This document shows, piece after piece, positions 31,421 to 40,877 of a stretch of 64,000 bases of DNA. Position numbers and translations under genes: made by a program. Under the pieces are notes generated by a model. That model searched no databases. It worked only from the letters and a program-made list of their open reading frames with translations, and was not told where the DNA came from. How positions within the stretch are numbered: the first letter of the stretch is position 1; every line of letters begins with the position of its first letter. The stretch is taken from assembly GCA_051531975.1 (NCBI GenBank), contig JAOPTT010000007.1, positions 56,985 to 120,984 of the forward strand, in the 5' to 3' direction. Source of the DNA: Spirochaetaceae bacterium. GTDB taxonomy: Bacteria; Spirochaetota; Spirochaetia; DSM-2461.

Positions 31421-31444
31421 AAAAAGGGGAGAAGCTCCCCTTTT
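31421..31444 (-). terminator. intrinsic terminator of the ECF operon
   Basis: AAAAGGGGAG-aag-CTCCCCTTTT. Confidence 0.8.
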
Positions 31445-31448
31445 ATTA

Positions 31449-31964
31449 CTAATTCTTCTTAATTATTTTACTAGCAACTAAAAATAGAACTCTACCACCA
31501 ATTAATCCACCAAATAGTTGGATTGTATTTGTAGGGAACAGTTCACCTATCGCCATCTCCATTCCACCTATATCTTTTAGGAAGAAAGCTTCTCCAATAA
31601 AATAAGTGGCAACCATTAAAACTCCACCAATTAATAAAATTAATAGATGTTTAATTCCCTTTTTCTGGAAAGATAAATATGCCATCGCCGCTTCCAAACC
31701 TTTTGCTATAAAAGTCATTGGAGCAAATATCCCATATCCTAGATATAGATCCGCACAGGCTGTCCCTAGACCGGCAACTAAAAATGCTGCAGCTAAATTG
31801 CCCCATTTTTTATCCCCAATAAAATGAGCAATAAAAAGTCCAGAAAATACAACAGCAACGTCGCTGAAATTAAAAAAACCTACCCCAACAGGGATAGCAA
31901 CAAATACCGTCGTTAGAGATACCGTTGCAAAAAGTACGAGTAGTGTAATTACTCTTTTAGTCAT
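31449..31964 (-). CDS. ECF transporter S component (HmpT/PdxU-like)
   Basis: IPVGVGFFNFSD…GTACADLYLGY…APMTFIAKGLE. Confidence 0.85.
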   Translation of the reverse strand: MTKRVITLLVLFATVSLTTVFVAIPVGVGFFNFSDVAVVFSGLFIAHFIGDKKWGNLAAAFLVAGLGTACADLYLGYGIFAPMTFIAKGLEAAMAYLSFQKKGIKHLLILLIGGVLMVATYFIGEAFFLKDIGGMEMAIGELFPTNTIQLFGGLIGGRVLFLVASKIIKKN

Positions 31965-32590
31965 GTTTTCTCCTCTAAAATGTGCTCTCTTTCAAGAAGC
32001 AGTTTATGTTTATGTTCAAATCCTCTATAAATACCAAAAAATAAGCTAAGTGGTACCGCCAAGTAGTGTGATACCATATCTAACCATTTTTTTGAACTGT
32101 TTTCTGGATGATGTTCATAATGAATTCTTAACCTTTCCATAACCTCGATACCAGCCACAAAAAGAATATAAATCACCTTAGTTTTTTTACTATTTTTAGA
32201 TAGTAGCATAATATCAATAATACTTACTTTTGAGATTAAAATATTAAAAAATGCGAATATATTAGGAATTATAAATACTCTAATAAAAATAAGTCTCCAC
32301 ATTCCAGTATAGTAATCTATTGCAAAATCCCATCCTCTTCCAATACCTTTTACAAGGAAAAATATTATGTGAAGAATAAGTATTACAATAGCTAAGAATT
32401 TGGTAAAACCAATAAAACTTTTAAGGTTATCTCTGTTAGTAGAAGCGTAATATATTACAACTGTTAAGTAGACTATTATTTGGTATGTTATATTTTTACT
32501 AAAAGTATTAGTAGTTAAATATATAAAAGCTATTATAAGTAGAATTAAAATAGTAAATTTAACTCTCGCTTTAAGAAATAAGGAATTCAA
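31961..32590 (-). CDS. divergent ECF transporter T component
   Basis: ARVKF start resembling PRxK, several TMs, position between the ATPase and S component. Confidence 0.55.
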   Translation of the reverse strand: MNSLFLKARVKFTILILLIIAFIYLTTNTFSKNITYQIIVYLTVVIYYASTNRDNLKSFIGFTKFLAIVILILHIIFFLVKGIGRGWDFAIDYYTGMWRLIFIRVFIIPNIFAFFNILISKVSIIDIMLLSKNSKKTKVIYILFVAGIEVMERLRIHYEHHPENSSKKWLDMVSHYLAVPLSLFFGIYRGFEHKHKLLLEREHILEEKT

Positions 32591-33185
32591 TATTTACTCC
32601 TTGTATATCTTTAGTCAAAGTTAGATTCTTCTGGTTATTTATAAGCTTGTCTGTGTTATTTAGTATATGGGATATAATAAAAATGTTTTTAACTTTAATA
32701 GAGGTAATAAAATCGGTGAAATCCTTTGATGATACGAAGTATTTATCAACTTCATCAAATATTATCACATCTGCATCGTTAAATTTTTTACACTCACCTA
32801 AAATAAAATTATATATAGTTCCACTATTAGGATCTAATACTTCTTCCTGATTAAAATCAAGTTTAATGGATTCATGGGCATCATCGTTTAGGAATATAGT
32901 TTTAAAGAATGACTTCTGTTTCTTAAGACCTCCAATAAACTCTTTTACTAAAGATATTAGTTTATATGAGAGCAGTTGGTTTTCAATATCTTGGGCAAAA
33001 TAGAGTGTTTTAAGGGATCTATCTTTGAACTCTTTTAAGAGCACACCTTCTATAAACCTACTCTTCCCAATACCATTTTCCCCTTGTAATAGGTAAACAG
33101 CATCTGAGTTTAGAGAAATATCATCTTTTAATTTATATGATGTTTTTGAGGTTGAATCATGGTAATTACCCCTGTTTAGTAACAT
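32571..33185 (-). CDS. ABC/ECF ATPase lacking the signature motif
   Basis: Walker A GENGIGKS, Q-loop FAQD, Walker B IIFDE, switch IISH; no LSGGQ. Confidence 0.75.
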   Translation of the reverse strand: MLLNRGNYHDSTSKTSYKLKDDISLNSDAVYLLQGENGIGKSRFIEGVLLKEFKDRSLKTLYFAQDIENQLLSYKLISLVKEFIGGLKKQKSFFKTIFLNDDAHESIKLDFNQEEVLDPNSGTIYNFILGECKKFNDADVIIFDEVDKYFVSSKDFTDFITSIKVKNIFIISHILNNTDKLINNQKNLTLTKDIQGVNIEFLIS

Positions 33186-33516
33186 TGATGCCCCGTTCTT
33201 TTAAGTATTTTACTATTTTATCTCTATTTTTTGATGTAAGAGATTCTAAAATGTTATTAAGTTCTAAATCTATATTTTTAATATTTTTCTCTTCTAATAT
33301 ATAAGCAAGGGTTATTAAATAAGTAAGGGATCTTTGTCCACCACTTAGTGTATTTATATCTCTATTTAATCCTACCTGAAAATTAAAAAGATCATCAATA
33401 TCTTTTAATATTAGGGACTCGTTTAAATTAAAGCTAAATATATCATTAAGTAGTAGCTCATCCTTAATTTTATTAGAGATAAATTCATGGCTATAGTCTA
33501 TATTTAAAGATCTCAT
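33166..33516 (-). CDS. signature-only ABC ATPase-derived protein
   Basis: RDINTLSGGQR; no Walker A or B; own AGGGAG RBS. Confidence 0.65.
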   Translation of the reverse strand: MRSLNIDYSHEFISNKIKDELLLNDIFSFNLNESLILKDIDDLFNFQVGLNRDINTLSGGQRSLTYLITLAYILEEKNIKNIDLELNNILESLTSKNRDKIVKYLKERGINVTKQG

Positions 33517-33611
33517 TAGGCTCCCTTTGGCAGAATAATAGCTTATTCAGGATTTTTACACTAGTATATTTAATACTTTGAAATAAATCTTAAATGGTAC
33601 ATAATATTCCA

Positions 33612-34265
33612 ATGATATTTAAAGAAAATACAATATTAGTTAATAGTTCAGATCATAGCTTAATGGCTTCAGATATAGCTGAAGAAGGGCAGGAATATGT
33701 TCATGTAAGAGCTCTTATTCCCATATTATCATCAGAAGAAATGCAGAATGTATTATTAGAATTTCAGAACTTCTCTTGGCAACGTAGAACAACGTTTTGT
33801 GGAGTATGTGGTACAAAAAGTATCCTAGATGATTCTGAGGGTTGTAATACATGCCCAAATTGCTCCGAGAAATTCTTTCCAGCTCAGTTCCCTGCAGTTA
33901 TAGTAGCAATTATAAAGGGTGATGAAATATTATTGGCCCATAATGTTAACTTTCCAGGAGATATGACTTCTATTATTGCTGGTTTTGTTGACCTAGGTGA
34001 AAATGCTGAAGAAGCTATTAAGCGCGAAGTTATGGAAGAGGTTGGGTTAAAAGTTAAAAATATAAAGTATCACAGTAGTCAAAATTGGGGTTTTACTTCT
34101 TCTTTGATGTTAGGTTATACCGCAGAATATGAGTCCGGAGAGATTAAAATCGATGAAGTTGAAATCGATAAGGCTGGTTGGTTTAATCGAAATTCAATGC
34201 CAGAGACTCTGCCTCCTAAAATAAGTATTGCCAGAGCTATAATAGATGATTTCATTAAAGGCTAG
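33612..34265 (+). CDS. nudC: NAD(+) diphosphatase NudC
   Basis: FCGVCG…CPNC zinc ribbon, Nudix box AGFVDLGE…REVMEEVG, SQNW (SQPW-like); start at 33612 inferred from promoter position. Confidence 0.88.
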   Translation: MIFKENTILVNSSDHSLMASDIAEEGQEYVHVRALIPILSSEEMQNVLLEFQNFSWQRRTTFCGVCGTKSILDDSEGCNTCPNCSEKFFPAQFPAVIVAIIKGDEILLAHNVNFPGDMTSIIAGFVDLGENAEEAIKREVMEEVGLKVKNIKYHSSQNWGFTSSLMLGYTAEYESGEIKIDEVEIDKAGWFNRNSMPETLPPKISIARAIIDDFIKG

Positions 34266-35229
34266 TTTCAGATCTAATATTATTATATTTGTATCGACTC
34301 TATTACTCGTTTCTTGTCAGACACTAAATTTCCCATCTGAAGAGATTTTACAAGAGAGAGAACTTCTAAGAAGTAAACGATCAAATTTAAATGATGATTG
34401 GGTCCCAGCGGATCCACTTTTTGATAAATATTATTCAGAAATGGCCCAAGGAGTTCCCGGAGCAAATTATTACCCTATTTGGTTTGATTCAATCGGTTCA
34501 AAAATGAATGGAATTATATTAACACCTGCTTCACAGGAAGAACCGGAGCTTAAAAGTAAGGGCACTGTTTTACTTATTCATGGTTATGCAGGAAACCTTA
34601 GAGGTTACAGGTTTTTAATTCCAGAACTATTAAGTGAAGGTTATACTGTAGCCGCTTTATCACTACCTGGGCATGGCTTAGCAGGAGGGGATAGGGGAGA
34701 TATTGATAACTTTAATAATTACGGTATTCTTGTACATGATTTCTTAGAGCAGTTAGAGGGTAAAATACCTAAACCTTATAATGCTGTTGGCCACAGTACT
34801 GGTTGCTCAGCCCTTATGATATACAATCAGGATTATGGATGGGACTTTGATAATGTTGTTTTTATAGCTCCACTAATAAGATCTTCAGCATGGTACCCAT
34901 CTGTCACTGTTCGGTTTTTAACTAAACCTTTTATTCAATATTATAATACTCCTTGGAGTGGGGCTATAGCTGTACAGGTTTTTCCAATGCACTGGCTCGA
35001 TGAACTTAAAAAATGGAATAAAGAAGTAAAAAAGTACAATGTTAAAGACGATGAAATATTGATTTTCCAGGGTGACAGGGATAGTGTTGTAGACTGGAAA
35101 TATAATACAAAGTTCATTAAGAGCAAGTATGCAAATAGTAGCCTAATTTTAAAAGAGGGTGGTTCTCATACATTTTTTTTCAAGGATGAAGAGTTGATAA
35201 CTGATATTGTTGGTTATTTTAATAACTAA
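34246..35229 (+). CDS. alpha/beta hydrolase lipoprotein (lysophospholipase-like)
   Basis: LVSC lipobox, IHGY, PGHG, GHSTG, GDRDSVV, SH. Confidence 0.85.
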   Translation: MISLKASFRSNIIIFVSTLLLVSCQTLNFPSEEILQERELLRSKRSNLNDDWVPADPLFDKYYSEMAQGVPGANYYPIWFDSIGSKMNGIILTPASQEEPELKSKGTVLLIHGYAGNLRGYRFLIPELLSEGYTVAALSLPGHGLAGGDRGDIDNFNNYGILVHDFLEQLEGKIPKPYNAVGHSTGCSALMIYNQDYGWDFDNVVFIAPLIRSSAWYPSVTVRFLTKPFIQYYNTPWSGAIAVQVFPMHWLDELKKWNKEVKKYNVKDDEILIFQGDRDSVVDWKYNTKFIKSKYANSSLILKEGGSHTFFFKDEELITDIVGYFNN

Positions 35230-36809
35230 AATATACAATATTGGTTTCTACCAGATTCTTTTGCTCTATATAAAGCCTTATCAGCCATTAATATAAAATC
35301 TTTAATCTCATCATTGTCCTTAGGTGACATAAATGCAATACCAATACTGAATGTTACAAATTCTGCTATTTCTGACTTTGCATGTCTAATATTCAGTTCT
35401 TTCATATCTGCTAAAAGTGATTTCGTTAGTTTAATTATATCTTCATTATCATTATTGGAGAAGATCAATCCAAATTCTTCTCCTCCATACCTAGCAGCAA
35501 GTTCTCCCGCTCTTTTAGTCTTTTTAGCTAGTAACTGACCGATTTTTTTTAAGCATTCATCTCCAGCCTGATGACCATAATAGTCGTTATAGTTTTTAAA
35601 ATAATCTATATCTATCAGTAATAAGGTTATATTTTTTTTAAACCTTTTTTGACGATTCCACTCTAACAACAATGTTTCATCAAATTTCCTTCTGTTTCCA
35701 ATATTTGTTAACGCATCGATTGTTGAAAGTTTTTTTAACTGCAATCTCTGTTTCTCTATTTTTGTAATAAAATAATTGAATGCCCTAGTTAGATCACCAA
35801 TTTCATCTTTACTTTCAGTTCCTAAGCGGATAGAAAAATCATTGTTTTTCATTATGGAGGTCATATGTTTATCAAGTTTAAGTATTGGATATAAAATATA
35901 TTTATTAAGTAACAAAATGATTAACAATAGAACTATAATTCCTGCGATAATAATGGAAATTGTTGCATATTTTATTATACGTTTACCCTGTTTGGATATA
36001 GTTCTGGGAAATACAATCTTAATTAGAAAAGATGGGTTTCCCTCTATATCATAATAGTAACTGTATAAATTGTAGCTGGAGTCATCACTGTTTTCTTCTA
36101 TATATAATGGTTTTTTATTTAAACTATCTGTAATTGACTTATATGCTTCTATATCTGAATTATTATAGAGATCAATAATATCAAACTCTACACTAGTCTG
36201 TGCACTTATCTTTTTAATTATATCATCGTTTAAAATAATGCCCATAATCATGAATCCATGACTTGGACCTTCTGCTTCACTTGTTAATATAAGCTCTGTA
36301 GTAATTAAAACTGGTCCTTTTTCTGTATTATACACACCTACTATCTTGTATTCTGATAAATCCTGTATGTTGTTTTTTATATTTATAATAGGATGATCTA
36401 TTACGAAATTATCCTGTGGAAAGTTTTTAAGATTTATCTCTTTATTGTTCTCCAAATCAAAGACTTTACCCCAAATGACATCACCCTCTGTATTAATAAT
36501 ATAAATTAAACTAAGACCGATCTCATTAAATATCTGATCGGTTAGATTTGAACTAATAAATTCATCTGAATTATCCATAACAAAATTGTATGTATCATCC
36601 CATGTGGCCCAGTCATTACAAAGTGTATCCAAATGATCGATCTCATTATTTAATGCATCAACTATGCGTTTCATGTTATTTGCGGCTTCTTTTTTCTCCA
36701 ATGATAAAAAGGCTGGTAAAACAACAAAACTTTGTATCATAGATACGCTGATTGTGATAAGTGAAAACAGGATAACTACGATTAGGGATGTTTTGTATTT
36801 AATATTCAT
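35226..36809 (-). CDS. CHASE4-HAMP-GGDEF diguanylate cyclase
   Basis: DWATWDDTY (CHASE4), DEIGDL (HAMP), RYGGEEF. Confidence 0.92.
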   Translation of the reverse strand: MNIKYKTSLIVVILFSLITISVSMIQSFVVLPAFLSLEKKEAANNMKRIVDALNNEIDHLDTLCNDWATWDDTYNFVMDNSDEFISSNLTDQIFNEIGLSLIYIINTEGDVIWGKVFDLENNKEINLKNFPQDNFVIDHPIINIKNNIQDLSEYKIVGVYNTEKGPVLITTELILTSEAEGPSHGFMIMGIILNDDIIKKISAQTSVEFDIIDLYNNSDIEAYKSITDSLNKKPLYIEENSDDSSYNLYSYYYDIEGNPSFLIKIVFPRTISKQGKRIIKYATISIIIAGIIVLLLIILLLNKYILYPILKLDKHMTSIMKNNDFSIRLGTESKDEIGDLTRAFNYFITKIEKQRLQLKKLSTIDALTNIGNRRKFDETLLLEWNRQKRFKKNITLLLIDIDYFKNYNDYYGHQAGDECLKKIGQLLAKKTKRAGELAARYGGEEFGLIFSNNDNEDIIKLTKSLLADMKELNIRHAKSEIAEFVTFSIGIAFMSPKDNDEIKDFILMADKALYRAKESGRNQYCIF

Positions 36810-36856
36810 TACCTTTACATCATAACTCGAAACTTCTAAGAATGAAATAAAAAAGT

Positions 36857-36885
36857 TGCGGACGACTGGACTTGAATCAATACGG
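36857..36885 (-). repeat. duplicated tRNA-Leu 3' end (att-like direct repeat)
   Basis: TGCGGACGACTGGACTTGAA is identical to 37415-37434; similarity continues with mismatches to ACGG. Confidence 0.85.
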
Positions 36886-36923
36886 AATTATAAGAAGAGG
36901 CCAAATAACCTCTACTTAGCTTA

Positions 36924-37268
36924 TTATTGAGGGGTCATAGTAAAGTATTGATATGCACCTGGGCCATAAGACCATAATAAGGAAGGCCACCATAATATAA
37001 TTCCCAAAATTAGGTTTACTGGTTTTACTTCTTTTTTAATTGAAGAATGTTTATCTATATATCCTTCTTTTTTAAGTACAATTACAGGTTCTTCCCAAAT
37101 TCCATTACCCATATTAATGCTTGTTGGTGTTGTACCATATGATTCTCCATCTATAAGTAGTTCAACACCATCTACATTAGATTCAAAAGAAACTCTTGTA
37201 TTTGTTACACAACTAGTAAGAAATATAAGTAATGCAATCAATAATAATAACCTTTTAAATAATTTCAT
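36924..37268 (-). CDS. PEGA-domain small lipoprotein
   Basis: LTSC lipobox; SNVDGVELLIDGESYGTTP…LKKEGY. Confidence 0.8.
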   Translation of the reverse strand: MKLFKRLLLLIALLIFLTSCVTNTRVSFESNVDGVELLIDGESYGTTPTSINMGNGIWEEPVIVLKKEGYIDKHSSIKKEVKPVNLILGIILWWPSLLWSYGPGAYQYFTMTPQ

Positions 37269-37414
37269 AATCTAATCCTTTTAAAAATTGTTTATTGTAA
37301 ATTATTCTTAATTCACATTTATATCAACTCTTTTTTGAATTATAGAAATTTAATATGTGTTTTTTACTAATAAGGCAAATTAGTCTGTATTGAAGTTCTT
37401 GTTATTGTAATTGA

Positions 37415-37498
37415 TGCGGACGACTGGACTTGAACCAGCACGGGATTGCTCCCACTACCCCCTCAAGGTAGCGTGTCTACCAATTTCACCACGTCCGC
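37415..37498 (-). tRNA. tRNA-Leu(GAG)
   Basis: Anticodon arm CTACC-TTGAGGG-GGTAG, long variable arm, GTTCAA T-loop. Confidence 0.96.
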
Positions 37499-37550
37499 GA
37501 AATTGTATGGTTATATTAACGTCTAATAACATAATTAGTCAATAAATAAT

Positions 37551-37579
37551 TTGACGAATATAGGGGCTAGTAGTATAAT
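37551..37579 (+). promoter_or_regulatory. near-consensus sigma70 promoter with no downstream CDS
   Basis: TTGACG-17-TATAAT. Confidence 0.75.
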
Positions 37580-37585
37580 AATATT

Positions 37586-37688
37586 AAGTAAGGAGCAATT
37601 CCTTATTATATAAAATGCGAGGGTTTCCAGACAACATTGTATGCTCAACTGGAAGCGTTTCTAAGCCGGCTCTAATAACCGGCTTTTT
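37586..37688 (+). ncRNA. candidate small RNA, family not recognised
   Basis: Lies between the promoter and a plus-oriented terminator AAGCCGG-N9-CCGGCTTTTT; two internal hairpins. Confidence 0.55.
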
Positions 37689-37711
37689 ATGTTTATAAGC
37701 TCTTTTTAAAC

Positions 37712-38533
37712 TTAAATTTCACCTAATTGACCACATGCTCCAGCTATTGATTGCCCTTTACCGTGCCTTATTGTTACTTTTAGATCTAGATTATGTATAA
37801 ACTGTGAAAACCCTTTTACATCATTAAGTTCAGGAGCTTCAAACTCTGATTCTCCTATAGAGTTAAAAGGTATTAGGTTAATTATAACATCTAGATCAGT
37901 TAAGAAATTTTTAATAGCAATAGCTTCATCTAGAGTTGTATTAATACCCTTAAAATTGATGACTTCTATAATTATTCTTTTTCTAGATATTCTCTGGTAC
38001 TCTAATAAGCAAAGTTTAATAATATCTAAACTTGGAGAACCAGGCATAATTCTTGACCTTAATTCCTGGTTGGCAGTTATTAACGAGAATGCTAAACCTG
38101 GATATGGTGCCTTTTCTACTAATTCAGTAATACCTTTAATTACTCCACTTGTAGAAACTGTTATCCGTCTTAAAAATATATTTGAACCTTTTGGGTCTGT
38201 AAAAACCCTAATAGATTTAACAACATTTTGTGTATTGTGCAGAGGTTCACCCATTCCCATATATACGATATTGGTTACTTCTCTATTAAAACTATTTTGT
38301 AAAAGCTGCAATTGACCTGTAATTTCAGATACTGAAAGATTACGTCCTAGACCTAAAGCACCTGTTTTGCAAAAGAGACAACCCTGGGCACAACCAACTT
38401 GGCTACTTATACAAGCTGTTACTCTGTTGGTCTGATCTACTAAAAGAACACTTTCAATAACTGCTCCATCATCGAGTCTAATTGAAATCTTCCCTGTGTT
38501 ATCAATGTCTTTTAATATCTTCTCTACAATCAT
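37712..38533 (-). CDS. rlmN: RlmN/Cfr-family radical SAM RNA methyltransferase, N-terminally short
   Basis: CISSQVGCAQGCLFC, MGMGEPL, ACGQL. Confidence 0.82.
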   Translation of the reverse strand: MIVEKILKDIDNTGKISIRLDDGAVIESVLLVDQTNRVTACISSQVGCAQGCLFCKTGALGLGRNLSVSEITGQLQLLQNSFNREVTNIVYMGMGEPLHNTQNVVKSIRVFTDPKGSNIFLRRITVSTSGVIKGITELVEKAPYPGLAFSLITANQELRSRIMPGSPSLDIIKLCLLEYQRISRKRIIIEVINFKGINTTLDEAIAIKNFLTDLDVIINLIPFNSIGESEFEAPELNDVKGFSQFIHNLDLKVTIRHGKGQSIAGACGQLGEI

Positions 38534-38592
38534 AAGTGTAGAGTATAAAACCCGATAGTATATGTCAATATTCTAATATATAATCTGGAACT

Positions 38593-39258
38593 ATGAGTCT
38601 TATTAATGAACATTATAACGATTGTTATTTCTCCTCTGAAAGTGGTTACCTAGAATCAAAATATGTATTTATAGATGGTAACAACCTTACTGATAAGCTG
38701 AATTCAGACCTATTTATTGGTGAAACAGGCTTTGGGACTGGATTAAATTTGTTAGTTCTTGAAGATTTCTTAGAAAAACAAGATAGTTTTGTTAATGTTA
38801 CTTTCAACTCAGTAGAAAAATATCCCCTAGACTTGAGTATAGTTAAAAAAACACTTTCACAATTAGAGAATGTGACCAAATTGTCATTAGAGCGTCATTG
38901 TAAATTATATGAATCTCTTTTTCTAGATATAAAACCCGGTTGGAATAGTATAAAGTTAGTTCGTGAATGGGGGAATCTTCAAATTAACCTATATGTTGGA
39001 GATGTTATTGATTCATTCATATTATATCCAAATAAGATTACTTGCTGGTTTCTAGATGGTCATAGCCCCGATAAGAACCCAGACATGTGGAACTCAAAAG
39101 TCTTTGGTTTAATAGCTTTAAACAGTATAAAAGGAACTTCTTTTGCAACATTTACTGCTGCTGGAATTGTTAAGCAAGGGTTAAGAAATACTGGATTTTT
39201 TGTACAAAGAAAAAAGGGTTATGGAAAAAAAAGACATATGATTTTTGGTAACTATTAA
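38593..39258 (+). CDS. mnmD: stand-alone MnmC methyltransferase domain (MnmD)
   Basis: YNDCYFS…ESKYVF, ETGFGTGLN, WFLDGHSPDKNPDMW, GYGKKRHM. Confidence 0.88.
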   Translation: MSLINEHYNDCYFSSESGYLESKYVFIDGNNLTDKLNSDLFIGETGFGTGLNLLVLEDFLEKQDSFVNVTFNSVEKYPLDLSIVKKTLSQLENVTKLSLERHCKLYESLFLDIKPGWNSIKLVREWGNLQINLYVGDVIDSFILYPNKITCWFLDGHSPDKNPDMWNSKVFGLIALNSIKGTSFATFTAAGIVKQGLRNTGFFVQRKKGYGKKRHMIFGNY

Positions 39259-39344
39259 TTTTTATATATATTTAAAAATCTTGACAATTTTGGTTATGAT
39301 TATATAATGACAGTACTAAATAAATATTAATTGGAGGGAATCAT

Positions 39345-40877
39345 ATGCCACAACTGGTTGTGATTTTAGGTTGTTCCCTCGCAGGTTTGTTAATTGGTTG
39401 GCTAATTAGATTAGCCTATGCAAAATATCAATTGTCATCTTCTGAGCAGAGAGCTGTTAGATTAAAGCAAGATGCACTTAAAGAAGCTGAAAGACAGAAA
39501 AACGAGTTTTTACTGGAAGGTAAAGACCAACTTCATCGCGAACGGAAACAACATGATAAAGAGATTAGAGAGCGTAGAGCTGAATTACAAAAGTATGAAA
39601 AGAGGATCTTAACTAAAGAAGACACTGTAGAGAAGAAGTTAGAGGGTATAGATTCTCAGATAAAAAACTTAGAAACTAAAGAGTCCAAATTAGAAGAAAG
39701 AAGTACAGAATTAGGTTCTTTAGAGGATAACTTAAAACTAGAACTTGAAAAAGTTTCAGGTTTATCCCGAGAAGAAGCTAAAAGAATTATTATTGAGCGT
39801 GTAGAAAACGAAGCTAAACATGATGCACAAGCACTTGTAATGAAAATAGAACAAGACGCTAAAGATATTGCTGAGAAAAAAGCTAGAGATATTCTAGTTT
39901 CTACTATTCAGAGAATTGCTACAGATGTTACAAGTGACATAACAGTTACTTCAGTAAGTCTGCCAAGCGATGAAATGAAAGGTAGAATTATTGGTCGAGA
40001 GGGACGGAATATCCGAACACTTGAGACTTTAACAGGTGTTGATATTATAATTGATGATACCCCTGAAGCTGTAGTTATATCTTGTTTTGATCCTATTAGA
40101 AAGGTTATTGCAAAACGTTCATTAGAGCGACTTATCTCTGACGGAAGAATTCATCCTGCTAGGATTGAGGAAGTTGTTCAGAAAGTTGCAGCTGAAATTA
40201 GTCAAATAATTTTAGAAGAAGGTGAAAAACTTCTATTTGATCTAGGTATACATAATATTCCAAGAGAAGGTGTTAAAGCCCTTGGTCGATTATACTTTAG
40301 AACAAGTTATGGTCAAAATATTCTAAGTCACTCTAAAGAAGTTGCTGTTTTAGCTGGTATGATTGCCGCTGAAGTTGGAGCTGATAGAGAACTTGCTAAA
40401 CGTGGAGCACTACTGCACGATATTGGTAAAGGTTTAGAAACAGACGGTGAAGGTAACCATGCTGAACTTGGTGCTGAATTCTGTAAACGGATGGGAGAGA
40501 AGCCTTTAGTAATTAATGCTGTTGCTGCTCACCATAACGACGTAGAGTTTGGTTCAGTTGAAGCTATTATTGTACAGTTAGCCGATGCTATATCTGCTGC
40601 AAGACCTGGTGCTAGACGTGAGAGTTTAGACAACTATATTAAGAGACTTGAGAACCTTGAACGGATCGCAGTAAGTTTTGATGGTGTAGAAAAGTGTTTT
40701 GCAATACAAGCTGGTAGAGAGTTAAGAATTATTGTAAATAGCGATGCTGTTTCCGATAAAGATGCACTTCCTTTAGCTAAAGAGATAGCAAAACAGATAG
40801 AATCAGAATTAACTTACCCTGGTAGAATTAGGGTAGCTATTATAAGAGAGACTAGAGCAATAGAATATGCAAGATAG
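39345..40877 (+). CDS. rny: ribonuclease Y
   Basis: N-terminal TM, coiled coil, KH domain (MKGRIIGREGRNI), HD domain (LLHDIGK). Confidence 0.97.
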   Translation: MPQLVVILGCSLAGLLIGWLIRLAYAKYQLSSSEQRAVRLKQDALKEAERQKNEFLLEGKDQLHRERKQHDKEIRERRAELQKYEKRILTKEDTVEKKLEGIDSQIKNLETKESKLEERSTELGSLEDNLKLELEKVSGLSREEAKRIIIERVENEAKHDAQALVMKIEQDAKDIAEKKARDILVSTIQRIATDVTSDITVTSVSLPSDEMKGRIIGREGRNIRTLETLTGVDIIIDDTPEAVVISCFDPIRKVIAKRSLERLISDGRIHPARIEEVVQKVAAEISQIILEEGEKLLFDLGIHNIPREGVKALGRLYFRTSYGQNILSHSKEVAVLAGMIAAEVGADRELAKRGALLHDIGKGLETDGEGNHAELGAEFCKRMGEKPLVINAVAAHHNDVEFGSVEAIIVQLADAISAARPGARRESLDNYIKRLENLERIAVSFDGVEKCFAIQAGRELRIIVNSDAVSDKDALPLAKEIAKQIESELTYPGRIRVAIIRETRAIEYAR

